From: Bacteroidales bacterium
GTDB lineage: Bacteria > Bacteroidota > Bacteroidia > Bacteroidales > G3-4614
NCBI GenBank assembly: GCA_017935575.1
Contig: JAGBHI010000064.1
Span: 8,836 to 72,835, forward strand
Length of the DNA: 64,000 nucleotides
Reading direction: 5' to 3'
Shown here: one piece after another, positions 39,945-51,300 of the stretch
Position numbering within the stretch: the stretch's first letter is position 1
Layout: each line of letters begins with the position of its first letter
Made by a program: the position numbers and the translations under genes
The notes under the pieces: generated by a model
What the model saw: the letters and a program-made list of their open reading frames with translations, nothing else
Told to the model about the DNA's origin: nothing
Database searches by the model: none

Positions 39945-42554
39945 ATGGCAGGTAAAATAGCAGAAACTCCGCTAATGAAACAATATATCGAGATGAAAGG
40001 AAAACATCCCGATGCCATATTGCTATTCAGAGTAGGAGACTTTTATGAAACATTCTCCGACGATGCAATAACAGCCTCTGAAATTTTGGGAATAACCCTT
40101 ACACGCAGAGCAAACGGAGCAGCACAATTTGTTGAGTTAGCAGGATTTCCGCACCATGCCTTAGATGCATACTTACCTAAATTGGTAAGGGCAGGCAAAC
40201 GTGTAGCAATATGCGAGCAACTTGAGGACCCCAAATTGACTAAAAAATTGGTAAAACGTGGCATAACTGAATTGGTAACACCCGGAGTATCAATTAACGA
40301 CAATGTATTAAATCATAAAGAGAACAACTTTGTTGCTGCACTTCATTTTGACCGTCATGCATGTGGAGTAGCATTTCTTGATATATCAACAGGAGAGTTT
40401 TTAACTACCGAAGGTAGTTTTGACCATATTGATAAACTTCTGAATAGTTTTGCTCCCAAAGAGATTTTGATTGAACGTGGTAAACGCGACCTCTTTACAT
40501 CAAAATTCGGTGGCAGATTTTTAATATTTGAGTTAGATGATTGGATATTTACATTTGATGCTACCAATCAACGATTACTAAAACATTTTGAGACAAAAAA
40601 TCTTAAAGGTTTTGGCGTAGAACATCTCAAATTGGGGATAGTGGCATCAGGAGCAATATTACACTATCTTGATATAACTCAACATACGCACATATCACAT
40701 ATAACCACCTTATCAAGAGTTGAGGAAGAGCGATACGTAAGGTTAGATAAATTTACCCTTCGCAGCCTTGAAATACTATCACCCATGAACGAAGGCGGAA
40801 AATCACTTTTAGAGGTAATTGACCGCACTCTTACACCAATGGGTAGCCGTATGATGCGTCGTTGGCTCACCTTCCCTCTGAAAGATGTTGCAGCCATAAA
40901 TCGCAGATTAGATGTGGTTGACTACTTCTTTAAAGCTCCTGAAGAAAAAGAGGCACTTGAAGGTTACATGTCGCTAATTGGCGACCTTGAACGCCTAACC
41001 TCAAAAGTAGCAGTTGGCAGAGTAACTCCACGAGAAATGGTTCAACTCAAAGTTGCACTTAAAGCAATAGAACCTATTAAGGCTATATGTGCCAAAACAG
41101 AGAATAGTGTTTTGGAAAATGTAGCAAAAGAGTTGGATTTATGTTATGAGATAAGAGAGAGAATTGAGAGAGAAATTTCACCCGATGCACCATCGTTGAT
41201 AAACAAAGGAGGTATAATCCGCGAAGGAGTAAACGAGGAGTTAGACGAACTACGACAAATGTCAGGTTCAGGTAAAGAGTATCTTTTACATATACAACAA
41301 CGCGAAAGCGAAGCAACAGGAATTCCATCGCTTAAGATAAGCTACAATAACGTATTTGGTTACTACATTGAGGTACGCAATACCCACAAAGATAAAGTAC
41401 CTGAAGGGTGGATAAGGAAACAGACCCTTACTAACGCTGAACGCTATATTACTCAAGAGCTAAAAGAGTACGAGGAGAAGATATTAGGAGCAGAAGAGAA
41501 AATCCTTGCTATTGAAGGACGTCTTTTTGGAGAGTTGGTTGAAGCAACAATGACAAGTATAAGTGCTATGCAACGCAATGCCGCAATACTTGCCCGCATG
41601 GATTGTCTCTTATCCTTTACCTCAGTTGCAAAAGAGAACAAATATATACGTCCCGTTATTGACGAAAGCCTATCACTTGATATAGAGGAGGGTCGACACC
41701 CTGTAATAGAGAAACAACTTCCTCCAGGAGAGGAGTATATAACCAACTCTCTGCACCTTGATAACGAAGGGGAACAGATTATGATAATAACCGGACCCAA
41801 TATGGCAGGTAAATCGGCACTATTGCGACAAACTGCATTAATAACCATAATGGCACAAACCGGTTGTTTTGTACCTGCTCAATCAGCAAGAATAGGAATT
41901 GTAGATAAGGTATTTACACGCGTAGGAGCCTCGGACAATATATCTCTTGGAGAATCAACATTCATGGTTGAGATGAATGAAGCCGCTTACATTCTTAACA
42001 ATATCTCTGAGCGCAGTTTAGTACTATTTGACGAACTCGGAAGAGGAACAAGCACCTACGACGGAATATCAATAGCGTGGGCTATTGTTGAACATATACA
42101 CGAAAACGAAAGAGGTAAAGCAAAAACACTCTTTGCAACACACTACCACGAACTCAATGAAATGGAAAAAGAGTTCAAAAGAATAGTCAATTACAACGTA
42201 TCGGTAAAAGAGGTTGACAACAAAGTGGTATTTTTACGCAAACTCGTACGCGGAGGGAGCGAACACAGTTTTGGTATTCATGTTGCAAAAATGGCAGGAA
42301 TGCCTCGCAATATAGTTAGTCGCGCCGACGATATACTTAAAGAGCTGGAGAAAGGTAGCGAAAACAGAGATATTTCAAAACCTATTCCATCGGCATCAAA
42401 AGCAGGAGGAATGCAACTATCGCTATATCAACTTGACGACCCCGTATTATCAAACATACGAAACGAAATATTGGGATTGGACATAAACAACCTCACTCCG
42501 GTTGAGGCATTGAATAAATTAAATGAGATTAAAAAAATTCTTTTAGGAAGATAA
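39945..42554 (+). CDS. mutS: DNA mismatch repair protein MutS
   Basis: N-terminal TPLMKQY...FYETF mismatch-binding motif, Walker A GPNMAGKS, and [12 protein letters not shown]. Confidence 0.97.
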   Translation: MAGKIAETPLMKQYIEMKGKHPDAILLFRVGDFYETFSDDAITASEILGITLTRRANGAAQFVELAGFPHHALDAYLPKLVRAGKRVAICEQLEDPKLTKKLVKRGITELVTPGVSINDNVLNHKENNFVAALHFDRHACGVAFLDISTGEFLTTEGSFDHIDKLLNSFAPKEILIERGKRDLFTSKFGGRFLIFELDDWIFTFDATNQRLLKHFETKNLKGFGVEHLKLGIVASGAILHYLDITQHTHISHITTLSRVEEERYVRLDKFTLRSLEILSPMNEGGKSLLEVIDRTLTPMGSRMMRRWLTFPLKDVAAINRRLDVVDYFFKAPEEKEALEGYMSLIGDLERLTSKVAVGRVTPREMVQLKVALKAIEPIKAICAKTENSVLENVAKELDLCYEIRERIEREISPDAPSLINKGGIIREGVNEELDELRQMSGSGKEYLLHIQQRESEATGIPSLKISYNNVFGYYIEVRNTHKDKVPEGWIRKQTLTNAERYITQELKEYEEKILGAEEKILAIEGRLFGELVEATMTSISAMQRNAAILARMDCLLSFTSVAKENKYIRPVIDESLSLDIEEGRHPVIEKQLPPGEEYITNSLHLDNEGEQIMIITGPNMAGKSALLRQTALITIMAQTGCFVPAQSARIGIVDKVFTRVGASDNISLGESTFMVEMNEAAYILNNISERSLVLFDELGRGTSTYDGISIAWAIVEHIHENERGKAKTLFATHYHELNEMEKEFKRIVNYNVSVKEVDNKVVFLRKLVRGGSEHSFGIHVAKMAGMPRNIVSRADDILKELEKGSENRDISKPIPSASKAGGMQLSLYQLDDPVLSNIRNEILGLDINNLTPVEALNKLNEIKKILLGR

Positions 42555-42569
42555 AATATAGAATCCGTT

Positions 42570-43820
42570 ATGGTACAACGTAAAGATTTTGAGATAATGG
42601 CACCGGTAGGCTCATATGAGTCTTTAACAGCAGCAATACAGGGTGGTGCCGACTCGGTATATTTTGGAGTAGAGGGATTAAATATGCGTTCTCGCTCATC
42701 AAATAATTTCACCCTTGACGACCTTCGTAACATAGCCGAAATATGTAACCAAAACAACATAAAAACATATTTAACCGTAAATACCGTAATCTACGATGGA
42801 GACCTTGAGTTAATGCGTAAGATCATTGATACAGTAAAAGAGTCGGGAGTAAGTGCAATTATTGCCTCAGACGTTGCAGCAATGAGCTATGCCAATTCAA
42901 TAGGAGTTGAAGTACACCTCTCAACCCAACTAAACATATCAAATGCAGAGGCGCTAAAATTCTATGCTCAATTTGCCGATGTGGTGGTTTTGGCAAGAGA
43001 ACTTAATCTTGATCAGGTATCAGGAATTTATCGCAGAATACAAGAAGAAAACATTGTTGGGCCCAAAGGAGAGCAGGTGCGAATTGAGATGTTTGCACAC
43101 GGAGCATTATGTATGGCGGTATCAGGGAAATGTTATTTGAGCCTACACGAAATGAACCACTCGGCAAACAGAGGCTCTTGCTTACAAATATGTCGTAGAG
43201 GCTACACCGTTAAAGACAAGGAAACAGATATTGAACTTGATATAGAGAACCAATATATAATGTCGCCTAAAGACCTTAAAACAATCCACTTTATGAACAA
43301 GATGATTGACTCAGGAGTGAGAGTATTTAAGATTGAGGGACGCGCACGCAGTGCCGAGTATGTGCGCACAGTTGTAGAGTGCTACCGCGAAGCTGTTGAG
43401 AGTTACATTGACGGAACATTCAACGAAGAGAAAATTGCAGGTTGGGACACTCGTTTGGCAACAGTATTCAACCGAGGTTTCTGGAACGGTTATTACCTTG
43501 GGCAACGTCTTGGAGAGTGGTCTTCAAGTTATGGCTCAGAGGCTACCGAACGTAAAGAGTATATTGGAAAAGGAACCAAATATTTTTCAAACATTGGTGT
43601 AGCCGAGTTTATGATGGAAAGTGGAGAGATAAACGAAGGAGATAAACTGCTTATTACAGGACCAACAACAGGAGCCTTAACAATTGAGGCAAAAGATATG
43701 CGAGTAAACTTTAAACCTGCTACAAAAATTGTAAAAGGAGACCTCTTTTCAATAGCCGTAGGAACAAAAATTCGCCCATCAGACAAACTATTTAAAATAG
43801 TACAAGTTGTAAAAGAGTAA
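42570..43820 (+). CDS. Peptidase U32 family protein (PrtC/YegQ-like)
   Basis: Matches the U32 signature E-x-F-x-H-G-A-[LM]-C-x-[AS]-x-S-G-x-C: EMFAHGALCMAVSGKC. Confidence 0.9.
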   Translation: MVQRKDFEIMAPVGSYESLTAAIQGGADSVYFGVEGLNMRSRSSNNFTLDDLRNIAEICNQNNIKTYLTVNTVIYDGDLELMRKIIDTVKESGVSAIIASDVAAMSYANSIGVEVHLSTQLNISNAEALKFYAQFADVVVLARELNLDQVSGIYRRIQEENIVGPKGEQVRIEMFAHGALCMAVSGKCYLSLHEMNHSANRGSCLQICRRGYTVKDKETDIELDIENQYIMSPKDLKTIHFMNKMIDSGVRVFKIEGRARSAEYVRTVVECYREAVESYIDGTFNEEKIAGWDTRLATVFNRGFWNGYYLGQRLGEWSSSYGSEATERKEYIGKGTKYFSNIGVAEFMMESGEINEGDKLLITGPTTGALTIEAKDMRVNFKPATKIVKGDLFSIAVGTKIRPSDKLFKIVQVVKE

Positions 43821-43839
43821 AATCAATTATAAAAACAAT

Positions 43840-43887
43840 AAAAGAGGAAAGAGAAGATATTAAGCTATCTAATCTTTCCTCTTTTTT
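43840..43887. terminator. Bidirectional terminator between the convergent U32 and TonB-dependent receptor genes
   Basis: Perfect 11-bp stem AAGAGGAAAGA(43842-43852)/TCTTTCCTCTT(43873-43883), with an A-run upstream and a T-run downstream. Confidence 0.65.
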
Positions 43888-46205
43888 CATATACTAACCT
43901 TAACTCCAACAGTTATACTACGGGGCAGAGCAGGACCATATATATAACCGGAATCTCTGTCTGGACCTTGGTCAAAATCATTTTGATATGAATTAAATAT
44001 ATTCATTATCGCCGCATTTATCTGTAATGTTGCACTACGCCATATTTTAAAATCATATGCAACCTTAAAGTTGGCATCAAAGAATGGAGAGGTACGCTCA
44101 ACCTTATCAATGTCAGTACCAGAACCTTCGCAATGTTGCACCGTCATTGAGCCGGTTGCTGTTCCGCTAAGCGACAACGTAAGAGCAGGTATGGGATTAT
44201 AAACACCCATTATATATCCATAAGCATTTGGCGAACGGAACATTCTGCGAACAGGAGCTACATTATCATTCTCACTCCAATACTCCAACTCCTTATATGC
44301 ACTATATTGTATAGTCGCAGAACCCTGTATTTGGAAAGTAGGTAAAATTCCTATCTTACCCTCTATTGTGCCTCCTGCAACACGTGCTCCCGAGCCATTA
44401 TAACGAACCATAACGGTATTCCCTTTCGCATCATGTTCTTCGGTTTTACGCAAGGCAAAAGCATCTTTAAGATCTGTATAGAAAAGCTCTACCATAAGAT
44501 TTGTTCTCACCTTACCAAAGTTACGATACATATCGGCTGAAAATGATACACTATTTGAACGCTCCTCTTTCAAATCAGGGTCTAAAACCGTTACAACCCT
44601 ATCACCTCCAACAACTGCAACATGAAAATCTTCATCAAAAGCCTGTGGAGCTCTAAATCCTGATGAATATGTTAAACGAAGATTTACATTTTTAATAGGA
44701 TTATATCTCAAATTTACACGAGGAGAGAAGATTGGTTTATCTACTAAGTTGTGTTTATCCATACGAACTCCAACAAGAAAACCCCACTTATCATCTCTCC
44801 ACTCGTTTTGCATAAACACACTACCGATATTTACCTTTTGCTTAACATAGTGATCATACCCTGTAAAGTTATCAATAAGTTTATTGTAACTATACTCTCC
44901 ACCAACCATTAACTCGGCAGGCAAAAGCCAAACCTTCTTCCAGCGATATGTATATTGTGCTCCTGTTACCGAAACAATATCATCGGTCTTACCATAAGCA
45001 TTGGGGTCTTGTTTAGCCCCATAATAACTATCACGCTTGGTCTTTTGAAAAGAGGTATATATACTCAATCTATGTCTGTTCTCATTAAAAAAAAGGTCAT
45101 AACTCAGCTCCCCACCATTTATCGTATGGTCAGTCTGTTCGGCAATCATTGCCTCATGAGGAGGTAAGTCAAATGCATCTCCTCCGCGTCTGAACTCGTT
45201 TATACTATGATATTGGAGATTTATCTTACCAAAACTACCTGTTCTTATATAAGAGCTTAAACCTATCGTCTTGCCATTAATCTCAGGCACTTCACAAAAA
45301 CCATCACCATCATAGTCAAAATAGTCACGTTTTCTGCTTTGTCCGTAGATAGTTAATCCCATCTTATAATTATCATTGACAAGAGAAGCATTAAATGTAG
45401 TATTATTATCAAGAGCCCCAGATATACCAATAGAGGTTAATGAATGAGCAACCTCAGCACTGTTTTTGATAGGCTCCTTTGTAATTATATTTATTGTACC
45501 ACCAATAGCAGACGACCCAAAAAGAGCTGATCCACCGCCACGAATAACCTCAACTCTATCAATCATATTTGAAGGTATCTGCTCAAGTCCATAAACTCCC
45601 GTAAGAGCTGAGAATATTGGGCGTGAATTCATAAGTATCTGAGAGTAATGCCCGTCAAGCCCATTAATACGCACCTGCATAAATCCACAATTTTGACAAT
45701 TATCCTCAACTCTGATACCCGGTTGATAATTTAAGCCACATGAAAGGGTAGGAGCACCAACCAAATCAAATGTTTTACTTGTAAGTATATTAACCATTGA
45801 CGATGCATTCAGTCGTTTCAACTCGCCTCTGTTAGCAGAAACCACAACCTGTTCCAACTCCTCATATTTCTCTTCAACTATAAAGTTTATCTCTTGAGTT
45901 TTTCCGGCAACAATCTCCACTTGGCGAGTTTGTGTTGTGTAACCCATTCCGCTAACCTCAATAATAAATGTACCAATAGGAAGATTTCTAAAAAAGAAGT
46001 GACCGGTTTTATCGGTTCGGGTATAAAAACTTGTTCCTTTAACTTCAACCGACATATAGGGCAAATGCTCATTTGTACTTTGGCTTAAAACATGTCCTGA
46101 TATATTTGCATCGGTAGGCTTATCCTCAATATAATCTATATTATCATCAGCAAATAGCGAAATTGGCAATAGATAAATTAATAGTGTAAAAATAATATGT
46201 TTCAT
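43887..46205 (-). CDS. TonB-dependent receptor with N-terminal carboxypeptidase-regulatory-like domain
   Basis: Signal peptide and a CarboxypepD_reg-like domain (ISGHVLSQSTNEHLPYMSVEVKGT...). A plug domain (IDRVEVIRGGGSALFGSSAIGGTINIITK) is followed by a long beta-barrel. No adjacent SusD-like gene. Confidence 0.9.
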   Translation of the reverse strand: MKHIIFTLLIYLLPISLFADDNIDYIEDKPTDANISGHVLSQSTNEHLPYMSVEVKGTSFYTRTDKTGHFFFRNLPIGTFIIEVSGMGYTTQTRQVEIVAGKTQEINFIVEEKYEELEQVVVSANRGELKRLNASSMVNILTSKTFDLVGAPTLSCGLNYQPGIRVEDNCQNCGFMQVRINGLDGHYSQILMNSRPIFSALTGVYGLEQIPSNMIDRVEVIRGGGSALFGSSAIGGTINIITKEPIKNSAEVAHSLTSIGISGALDNNTTFNASLVNDNYKMGLTIYGQSRKRDYFDYDGDGFCEVPEINGKTIGLSSYIRTGSFGKINLQYHSINEFRRGGDAFDLPPHEAMIAEQTDHTINGGELSYDLFFNENRHRLSIYTSFQKTKRDSYYGAKQDPNAYGKTDDIVSVTGAQYTYRWKKVWLLPAELMVGGEYSYNKLIDNFTGYDHYVKQKVNIGSVFMQNEWRDDKWGFLVGVRMDKHNLVDKPIFSPRVNLRYNPIKNVNLRLTYSSGFRAPQAFDEDFHVAVVGGDRVVTVLDPDLKEERSNSVSFSADMYRNFGKVRTNLMVELFYTDLKDAFALRKTEEHDAKGNTVMVRYNGSGARVAGGTIEGKIGILPTFQIQGSATIQYSAYKELEYWSENDNVAPVRRMFRSPNAYGYIMGVYNPIPALTLSLSGTATGSMTVQHCEGSGTDIDKVERTSPFFDANFKVAYDFKIWRSATLQINAAIMNIFNSYQNDFDQGPDRDSGYIYGPALPRSITVGVKVSI

Positions 46206-46230
46206 CTCTTCTCTTAATTTTTGACAAGCG

Positions 46231-46238
46231 CAAAGGTA
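46231..46238 (-). promoter_or_regulatory. Candidate -7 promoter box for the TonB-dependent receptor
   Basis: TACCTTTG on the minus strand, about 26 nt upstream of the ATG at 46205. No well-spaced -33 TTTG was found. Confidence 0.3.
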
Positions 46239-46501
46239 GCATGATGACTATTTTAACGAAATACCCAAATATTGGTAATTAAACGAGGCTATCAACAAAA
46301 TATATACCTACAAATTGTTACTTAATAATAAATGGGAAATATCTAAATTTATTCATTCAAAAGCCATAGTATAGTTAAACCTTTATTAAAAAAAATAATC
46401 TCAAAGTTGTAAAAGATGTTATATAAGTAGAAAAGAGATTTATATGGCGTCTTATATGCTAAATAATTAGTATTTTTGTAAACATTAGGAATAATTGAAT
46501 T

Positions 46502-49500
46502 ATGAGGGAAAATACTTTTTTCAGAAAAATAATAGTACTGTCTGTAATTACAACTTTCACCATGATAGCAAACGCACATGAAAGTACGCTATCATTTAAT
46601 ACACCATATAGCCTACTTAATAAATATTTAAGCAATAATTATCTTGCAACATACCAAAAATTAAGTGGCGAAATAGCAGCCTCACAATCAGATAAGAACT
46701 ACCATGTTACCGATGCAGAGGTTGAATACCTAAAAATTAAAACAGCTTATCTATCGGGTGATGCTGATGCCAAAAATAAAATTAAAAGATACCTCAATTA
46801 TGAAACCGACCCTCTCTTTACTCCAAGGGCTAATATTTTATTAGGAAACATATATATTAACGAAGGTAATTTTGATGAGGCTGAAAAATGCTATATCGAG
46901 ATCAATCCTGAAATATTAACCACCTCAGAAAGAGATGAGTTGAGAATAAATAGAGGATTAATTCTCCTAAACAAAAAAGAATTTGCTAAAGCAGAAGAGG
47001 AGTTATCGAAAATCAATACTCAAAAATCGAAATACAGAATTCCTGCAATATTCTATAAAGCATGCGCAAATTATGCACAAGGAGAATGTAAAGAGGCTGA
47101 GGAAGGGTTCTTAATATCAAAAGATGATGATACATTTGCTCTAAGTTCAAATTATTACCTTACAAACATATACTTTGCAAATAGGCGTTATAACTCTGCA
47201 TTAAGCACAGGCGAATCGCTATTAAATAATAGAATACCAGAGGGCTATAGAAACAATCTATTAAAGATATGTGGAGAATCGGCATTTGCATTAGGCAATA
47301 TTGAAAAGACTATAGAGTACCTTGGAGAGTATGTACAAAACTCTCCTGACGACCAACAGGCAGCATACACTTTGGGAGTTGCATATTACAACACTAAACA
47401 ACATACCGAAGCAATTAAAACTCTCTCAACCCTTACAGCGACAGAGAACGACTTTTCACAAAGTGCATATCTTTATTTAGGACACTCATATCTGTTGATG
47501 AACGATAAGAATGGAGCTATGTTTGCCTATGAAAAAGCAATGGCATACGACTCCGATATTCAAGCAAAAGAGAGTGCAATGTTCAACTATTGTTTGCTCA
47601 TTGATGAGAGTAATATCCTTGATTTTGATAAAAAAATTAGAGTATTTGAGAACTATATAAATCAATTTTCAAAAGAAGAGAATGCAAAAACAATAAATCA
47701 ATTATTGGCTATAAGCTACCTTACCACCAATAATTATGAGGCAGCATTAACTTCAGTAGAAAAGATAAAAAATCCAAGTAAGGAACTTCTTGAAGCAAAA
47801 CAAATTATACTGTATAATTTAGGAATAAAAGAATTTGCTAAAGAAGAATACAACAAAGCCAAAACAAATCTTACAAAATCAATTAATACCGGTAATTACA
47901 ATATCGGCATAAAAGCAAAAGCATATCTTTGGCGAGGAGAAACAAATTATATCTTTAAAGAGTATAATGCAGCAGAGAGCGATTTTAAACAATATATAAA
48001 ATTATCAAAACAACCCAACCCTGAAGTTTACTACTCTCTCGGTTATACTCTGTTTATTACACAAAGATATAACGAAGCTAATAGAGAATTTGATAATTTC
48101 ATAAATAGGAGTAATGACAACAAACAGCTAAAAGCTGATGCACTTAACAGAAAAGGCGACTGCCTATACATGATGCGTCAATATAATAACGCATACAATA
48201 CATATATTGAAGCTGAAAAAGCCCATAATCTCACTGCTGATTACTCTATATATATGCAAGGAGTTACATTGGGAATTGAAAAACGCCATAAAGATAAAGT
48301 TAACGCAATGCAACGTATTGCTACAATATATCCTACTTCAAAATATGCCTCTCAAGCATTAGAGCAAAAGGGCATTGCAGAACTTGCACTTGACGAAAAA
48401 GATAATGCACTTGTCACATTCGCCCAACTATATACTAAATATCCTAAAACAAAAGAGGCACGTTCAGCCCTATTACAATCGGCTATCGTATATATGAACA
48501 TTGGAGATAATTCTAAAGCATTGTCAGCATACAAAACAATAATAGAGGAGTACCCCGGTAGCGATGAAGCTAAAACTGCATTAGAAGATTTGAAGAATTA
48601 TCATGTACAACAAGGTAATATAAAACCCTATGCCAACTACATTAAAAAGATAAAAGGAGAAAATGCATATGATGCCTCTGAGATGGATTCAGTCTCATAT
48701 CTTGCAGCAGAAAATGCATTTTTACGCACACCAAGCGAAAAGAGCATAGCCCAAATGAAAGAGTATGTAAACAACTATCCCAATGGAGCATTCAATGCAA
48801 ATGCTTTAAACTATATAGGGTTATATGCGTTCAATAATAATAACTTTGAAGAAGCAAGAAAATATATGGAAGAGGTTTTACTCAGTAAAAATGTTGAGTT
48901 ACGAGAAAACAGTTTAAAAACACTTGCTACCATTGAAGAAGAAGATAAGAATTATGAAAAGGCTCTCATTTATTATAAAAATTTATCAGAAGATTATCCA
49001 ACATTAATATCCGGGAAAGAGGCTAAATCGTCAATTGTAAGAGTTCTAAAACTAAGCAACAGAAATGACGATGTCATAGATGAAGCAACAAAAATCTTAT
49101 CAGAAGGAAACAACGATATAATAAACTTTGACGAAATAAGATATTATAGAGCAACAGCTCTTGAAGAGATAGGAGATAAAGAGAAAGCTACTGCTGATTG
49201 GGAAACGCTTGCCAACAATTCTCAATCGATATACTCAGCCGAGGCAAAATATATGATTGCAAAAGGATTGTACGACAATAATAAATTTAGCGATGCTGAA
49301 GCAACAATAAACGACATATTATCAAATAGTTCAAGCAGTAAATATTGGGTTGCTCGCGGAATAATACTATTATCAGATATATCAGCAAAACAAGGAGATA
49401 ATTTTAAAGCAAAACAATACCTAATCAGTTTAAAGAACAATTATACCGATAGTGACGATATAAAATCAACTATTGAAACAAAACTTACTAAATATGAAAA

Positions 49501-49504
49501 ATAG
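46502..49504 (+). CDS. Secreted 1000-aa tetratricopeptide-repeat protein
   Basis: Signal peptide (KIIVLSVITTFTMIANA). TPR-like 34-aa repeats run through nearly the whole length (for example LGNIYINEGNFDEAEKCY; LGVAYYNTKQHTEAIKTL; GDCLYMMRQYNNAYNTY). No catalytic motif was recognised. Confidence 0.8.
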   Translation: MRENTFFRKIIVLSVITTFTMIANAHESTLSFNTPYSLLNKYLSNNYLATYQKLSGEIAASQSDKNYHVTDAEVEYLKIKTAYLSGDADAKNKIKRYLNYETDPLFTPRANILLGNIYINEGNFDEAEKCYIEINPEILTTSERDELRINRGLILLNKKEFAKAEEELSKINTQKSKYRIPAIFYKACANYAQGECKEAEEGFLISKDDDTFALSSNYYLTNIYFANRRYNSALSTGESLLNNRIPEGYRNNLLKICGESAFALGNIEKTIEYLGEYVQNSPDDQQAAYTLGVAYYNTKQHTEAIKTLSTLTATENDFSQSAYLYLGHSYLLMNDKNGAMFAYEKAMAYDSDIQAKESAMFNYCLLIDESNILDFDKKIRVFENYINQFSKEENAKTINQLLAISYLTTNNYEAALTSVEKIKNPSKELLEAKQIILYNLGIKEFAKEEYNKAKTNLTKSINTGNYNIGIKAKAYLWRGETNYIFKEYNAAESDFKQYIKLSKQPNPEVYYSLGYTLFITQRYNEANREFDNFINRSNDNKQLKADALNRKGDCLYMMRQYNNAYNTYIEAEKAHNLTADYSIYMQGVTLGIEKRHKDKVNAMQRIATIYPTSKYASQALEQKGIAELALDEKDNALVTFAQLYTKYPKTKEARSALLQSAIVYMNIGDNSKALSAYKTIIEEYPGSDEAKTALEDLKNYHVQQGNIKPYANYIKKIKGENAYDASEMDSVSYLAAENAFLRTPSEKSIAQMKEYVNNYPNGAFNANALNYIGLYAFNNNNFEEARKYMEEVLLSKNVELRENSLKTLATIEEEDKNYEKALIYYKNLSEDYPTLISGKEAKSSIVRVLKLSNRNDDVIDEATKILSEGNNDIINFDEIRYYRATALEEIGDKEKATADWETLANNSQSIYSAEAKYMIAKGLYDNNKFSDAEATINDILSNSSSSKYWVARGIILLSDISAKQGDNFKAKQYLISLKNNYTDSDDIKSTIETKLTKYEK

Positions 49505-51209
49505 ATTTATAACCATCAGTGCAACAACAATTCTGCTTTTTAGCTGTGCTACAATATCAGCACAAGAAATTGAGCGCGAAGTAACAATAGAAAAAGAGTA
49601 CACACCTCAAGTTGATGCAGCCGTAAAAAAGACAGGAATACCTGAAGCTGAAAATCCTTTGGTTGAGAAACCTGTAAGTAATTTCTCATCATGGGCAGTA
49701 CCACTTTCAGGAACCCCATCATCACAACCTCTATTAATGAGTGAATTAAATACCCAGGAAGATTTTGTAAATCAACGTGGTTACGCAAACTTTGGAATGG
49801 GAAATAACCTCAATATAAATGGTAATGCAGGAATAAGAGTAATTAATAACGAAAAGGACCAATTAGGTATTTGGTATAATCACACATCTACCGGAGGTAA
49901 TCTAAAATATAGAGATAATGTGCCTGTATATGGAGGAGAGAGCGTATATCAACACCTAAACAGCAATGTTGCAAACATTACATACAAACACGCTTTTGAA
50001 AAGATAGAGTGGAGCACAAGCGTTGCATACAAACACAATACCTTTAACTACTACGGTGCAAGATTAATTCCCGATTTAATGGTTATAAATGATGGAGAAT
50101 ATCAGAGAGTAAATCAATATGCTATAGGAACAACTTTAAGTAGCACAAAAAATGAAATATTTACAATAAACGCTTCATTTGGATTTGTAGGATATTACAA
50201 TAAATTGGGCTATTTAATAGGTACTAAAGGAGGAAGAGAGAACCATATTAAGAGTAATCTTGAATTTACAGCACGTATAGGAGAAAAAGATAGTAGAGTT
50301 GGATTTGAGATTAATATGGATAATCTAATATACAACGATGCTTTAGCAAGCGATTATACTCTATTCTCTTTAACTCCATTTTATAAATTTGCGAACGATA
50401 AGATTCGTCTTAAAGCAGGAGTTAAGATTGATATATCAGCAAATGATGGAGCCGTTTTCCGCTTTGCTCCCGATGTTGAATTCAATGCTGATATGGGAAA
50501 ATACTTCCAATTCTACACTGTTGTTGATGGTGGAAAAGAGCTTAACACATGGAACAAAATGTCAGCTCGCAACATATATATAAATCCCACCAGAAGAATG
50601 GCAAACACATATACACCAGCCAATGCAACAGTAGGAATCTTATTTAAATACTTCCCAGAAATATCTTTTAGGGTATATGGTGGAATTAAGACCTCTAACA
50701 ATGCTCTATTTGATATGCGAAACTTAGAGGAGATAAAAGATGGAATGATAACATCATATGAAGTTATTGACTATATGCCAATTGATGCATATCGCTGGTT
50801 AGGAGGAGCAAACATAAACTTCAAAATGAAAAAATTCTTAGAGGGAGAGGTAAAATGGATACATAACAGTTGGCGTGCCCGTAACGGAAATGACCTGATA
50901 TTATCAGCTCTTCCAAAAGATGAGTGGAACATAAGGGTAGGAGTAACCCCCATTAATAATCTCTCTTTAAACGCCAACTTCTATATGGGCTTGGGAAGAG
51001 GATATCGTTACCAAGATATAAACGGATTTAATACATATGAAAAAATGAGCGATATATACGATCTTAACGTAGGAGCAACATATGTTCTAAACAATATGAT
51101 AAGTTTCAATCTACAATGGAACAACATACTATCGCAACATTACGATATCTATTACGGAATGCCCGCTCAACGAATGCACTTCTTAATTGGAGCTGCTGTT
51201 AAGTTTTAA
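49494..51209 (+). CDS. Predicted outer-membrane beta-barrel protein (about 571 aa), family unassigned
   Basis: The ATG at 49494 (MKNRFITISATTILLFSCATISAQE signal peptide) overlaps the TPR gene stop by 11 nt (ATGAAAAATAG). Amphipathic beta-strands alternate throughout, and the protein ends in a C-terminal ...LIGAAVKF aromatic residue. Confidence 0.6.
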   Translation: MKNRFITISATTILLFSCATISAQEIEREVTIEKEYTPQVDAAVKKTGIPEAENPLVEKPVSNFSSWAVPLSGTPSSQPLLMSELNTQEDFVNQRGYANFGMGNNLNINGNAGIRVINNEKDQLGIWYNHTSTGGNLKYRDNVPVYGGESVYQHLNSNVANITYKHAFEKIEWSTSVAYKHNTFNYYGARLIPDLMVINDGEYQRVNQYAIGTTLSSTKNEIFTINASFGFVGYYNKLGYLIGTKGGRENHIKSNLEFTARIGEKDSRVGFEINMDNLIYNDALASDYTLFSLTPFYKFANDKIRLKAGVKIDISANDGAVFRFAPDVEFNADMGKYFQFYTVVDGGKELNTWNKMSARNIYINPTRRMANTYTPANATVGILFKYFPEISFRVYGGIKTSNNALFDMRNLEEIKDGMITSYEVIDYMPIDAYRWLGGANINFKMKKFLEGEVKWIHNSWRARNGNDLILSALPKDEWNIRVGVTPINNLSLNANFYMGLGRGYRYQDINGFNTYEKMSDIYDLNVGATYVLNNMISFNLQWNNILSQHYDIYYGMPAQRMHFLIGAAVKF

Positions 51210-51300
51210 TAGGGATTAAAGGATAAGTTTTTAAGAATTTAACAATGGCTAAGGCAATAAGCTGATTATTTATACGTTTTAAAAAAAGTAATTAACAACA

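Noticed and set aside
46206-46501. Possible riboswitch (cobalamin or TPP) in front of the TonB-dependent receptor
   Set aside because: A TACCTTTG -7 box lies only about 26 nt from the ATG, which leaves no room for an aptamer. The remaining spacer is AT-rich and unstructured, with no conserved riboswitch core visible.
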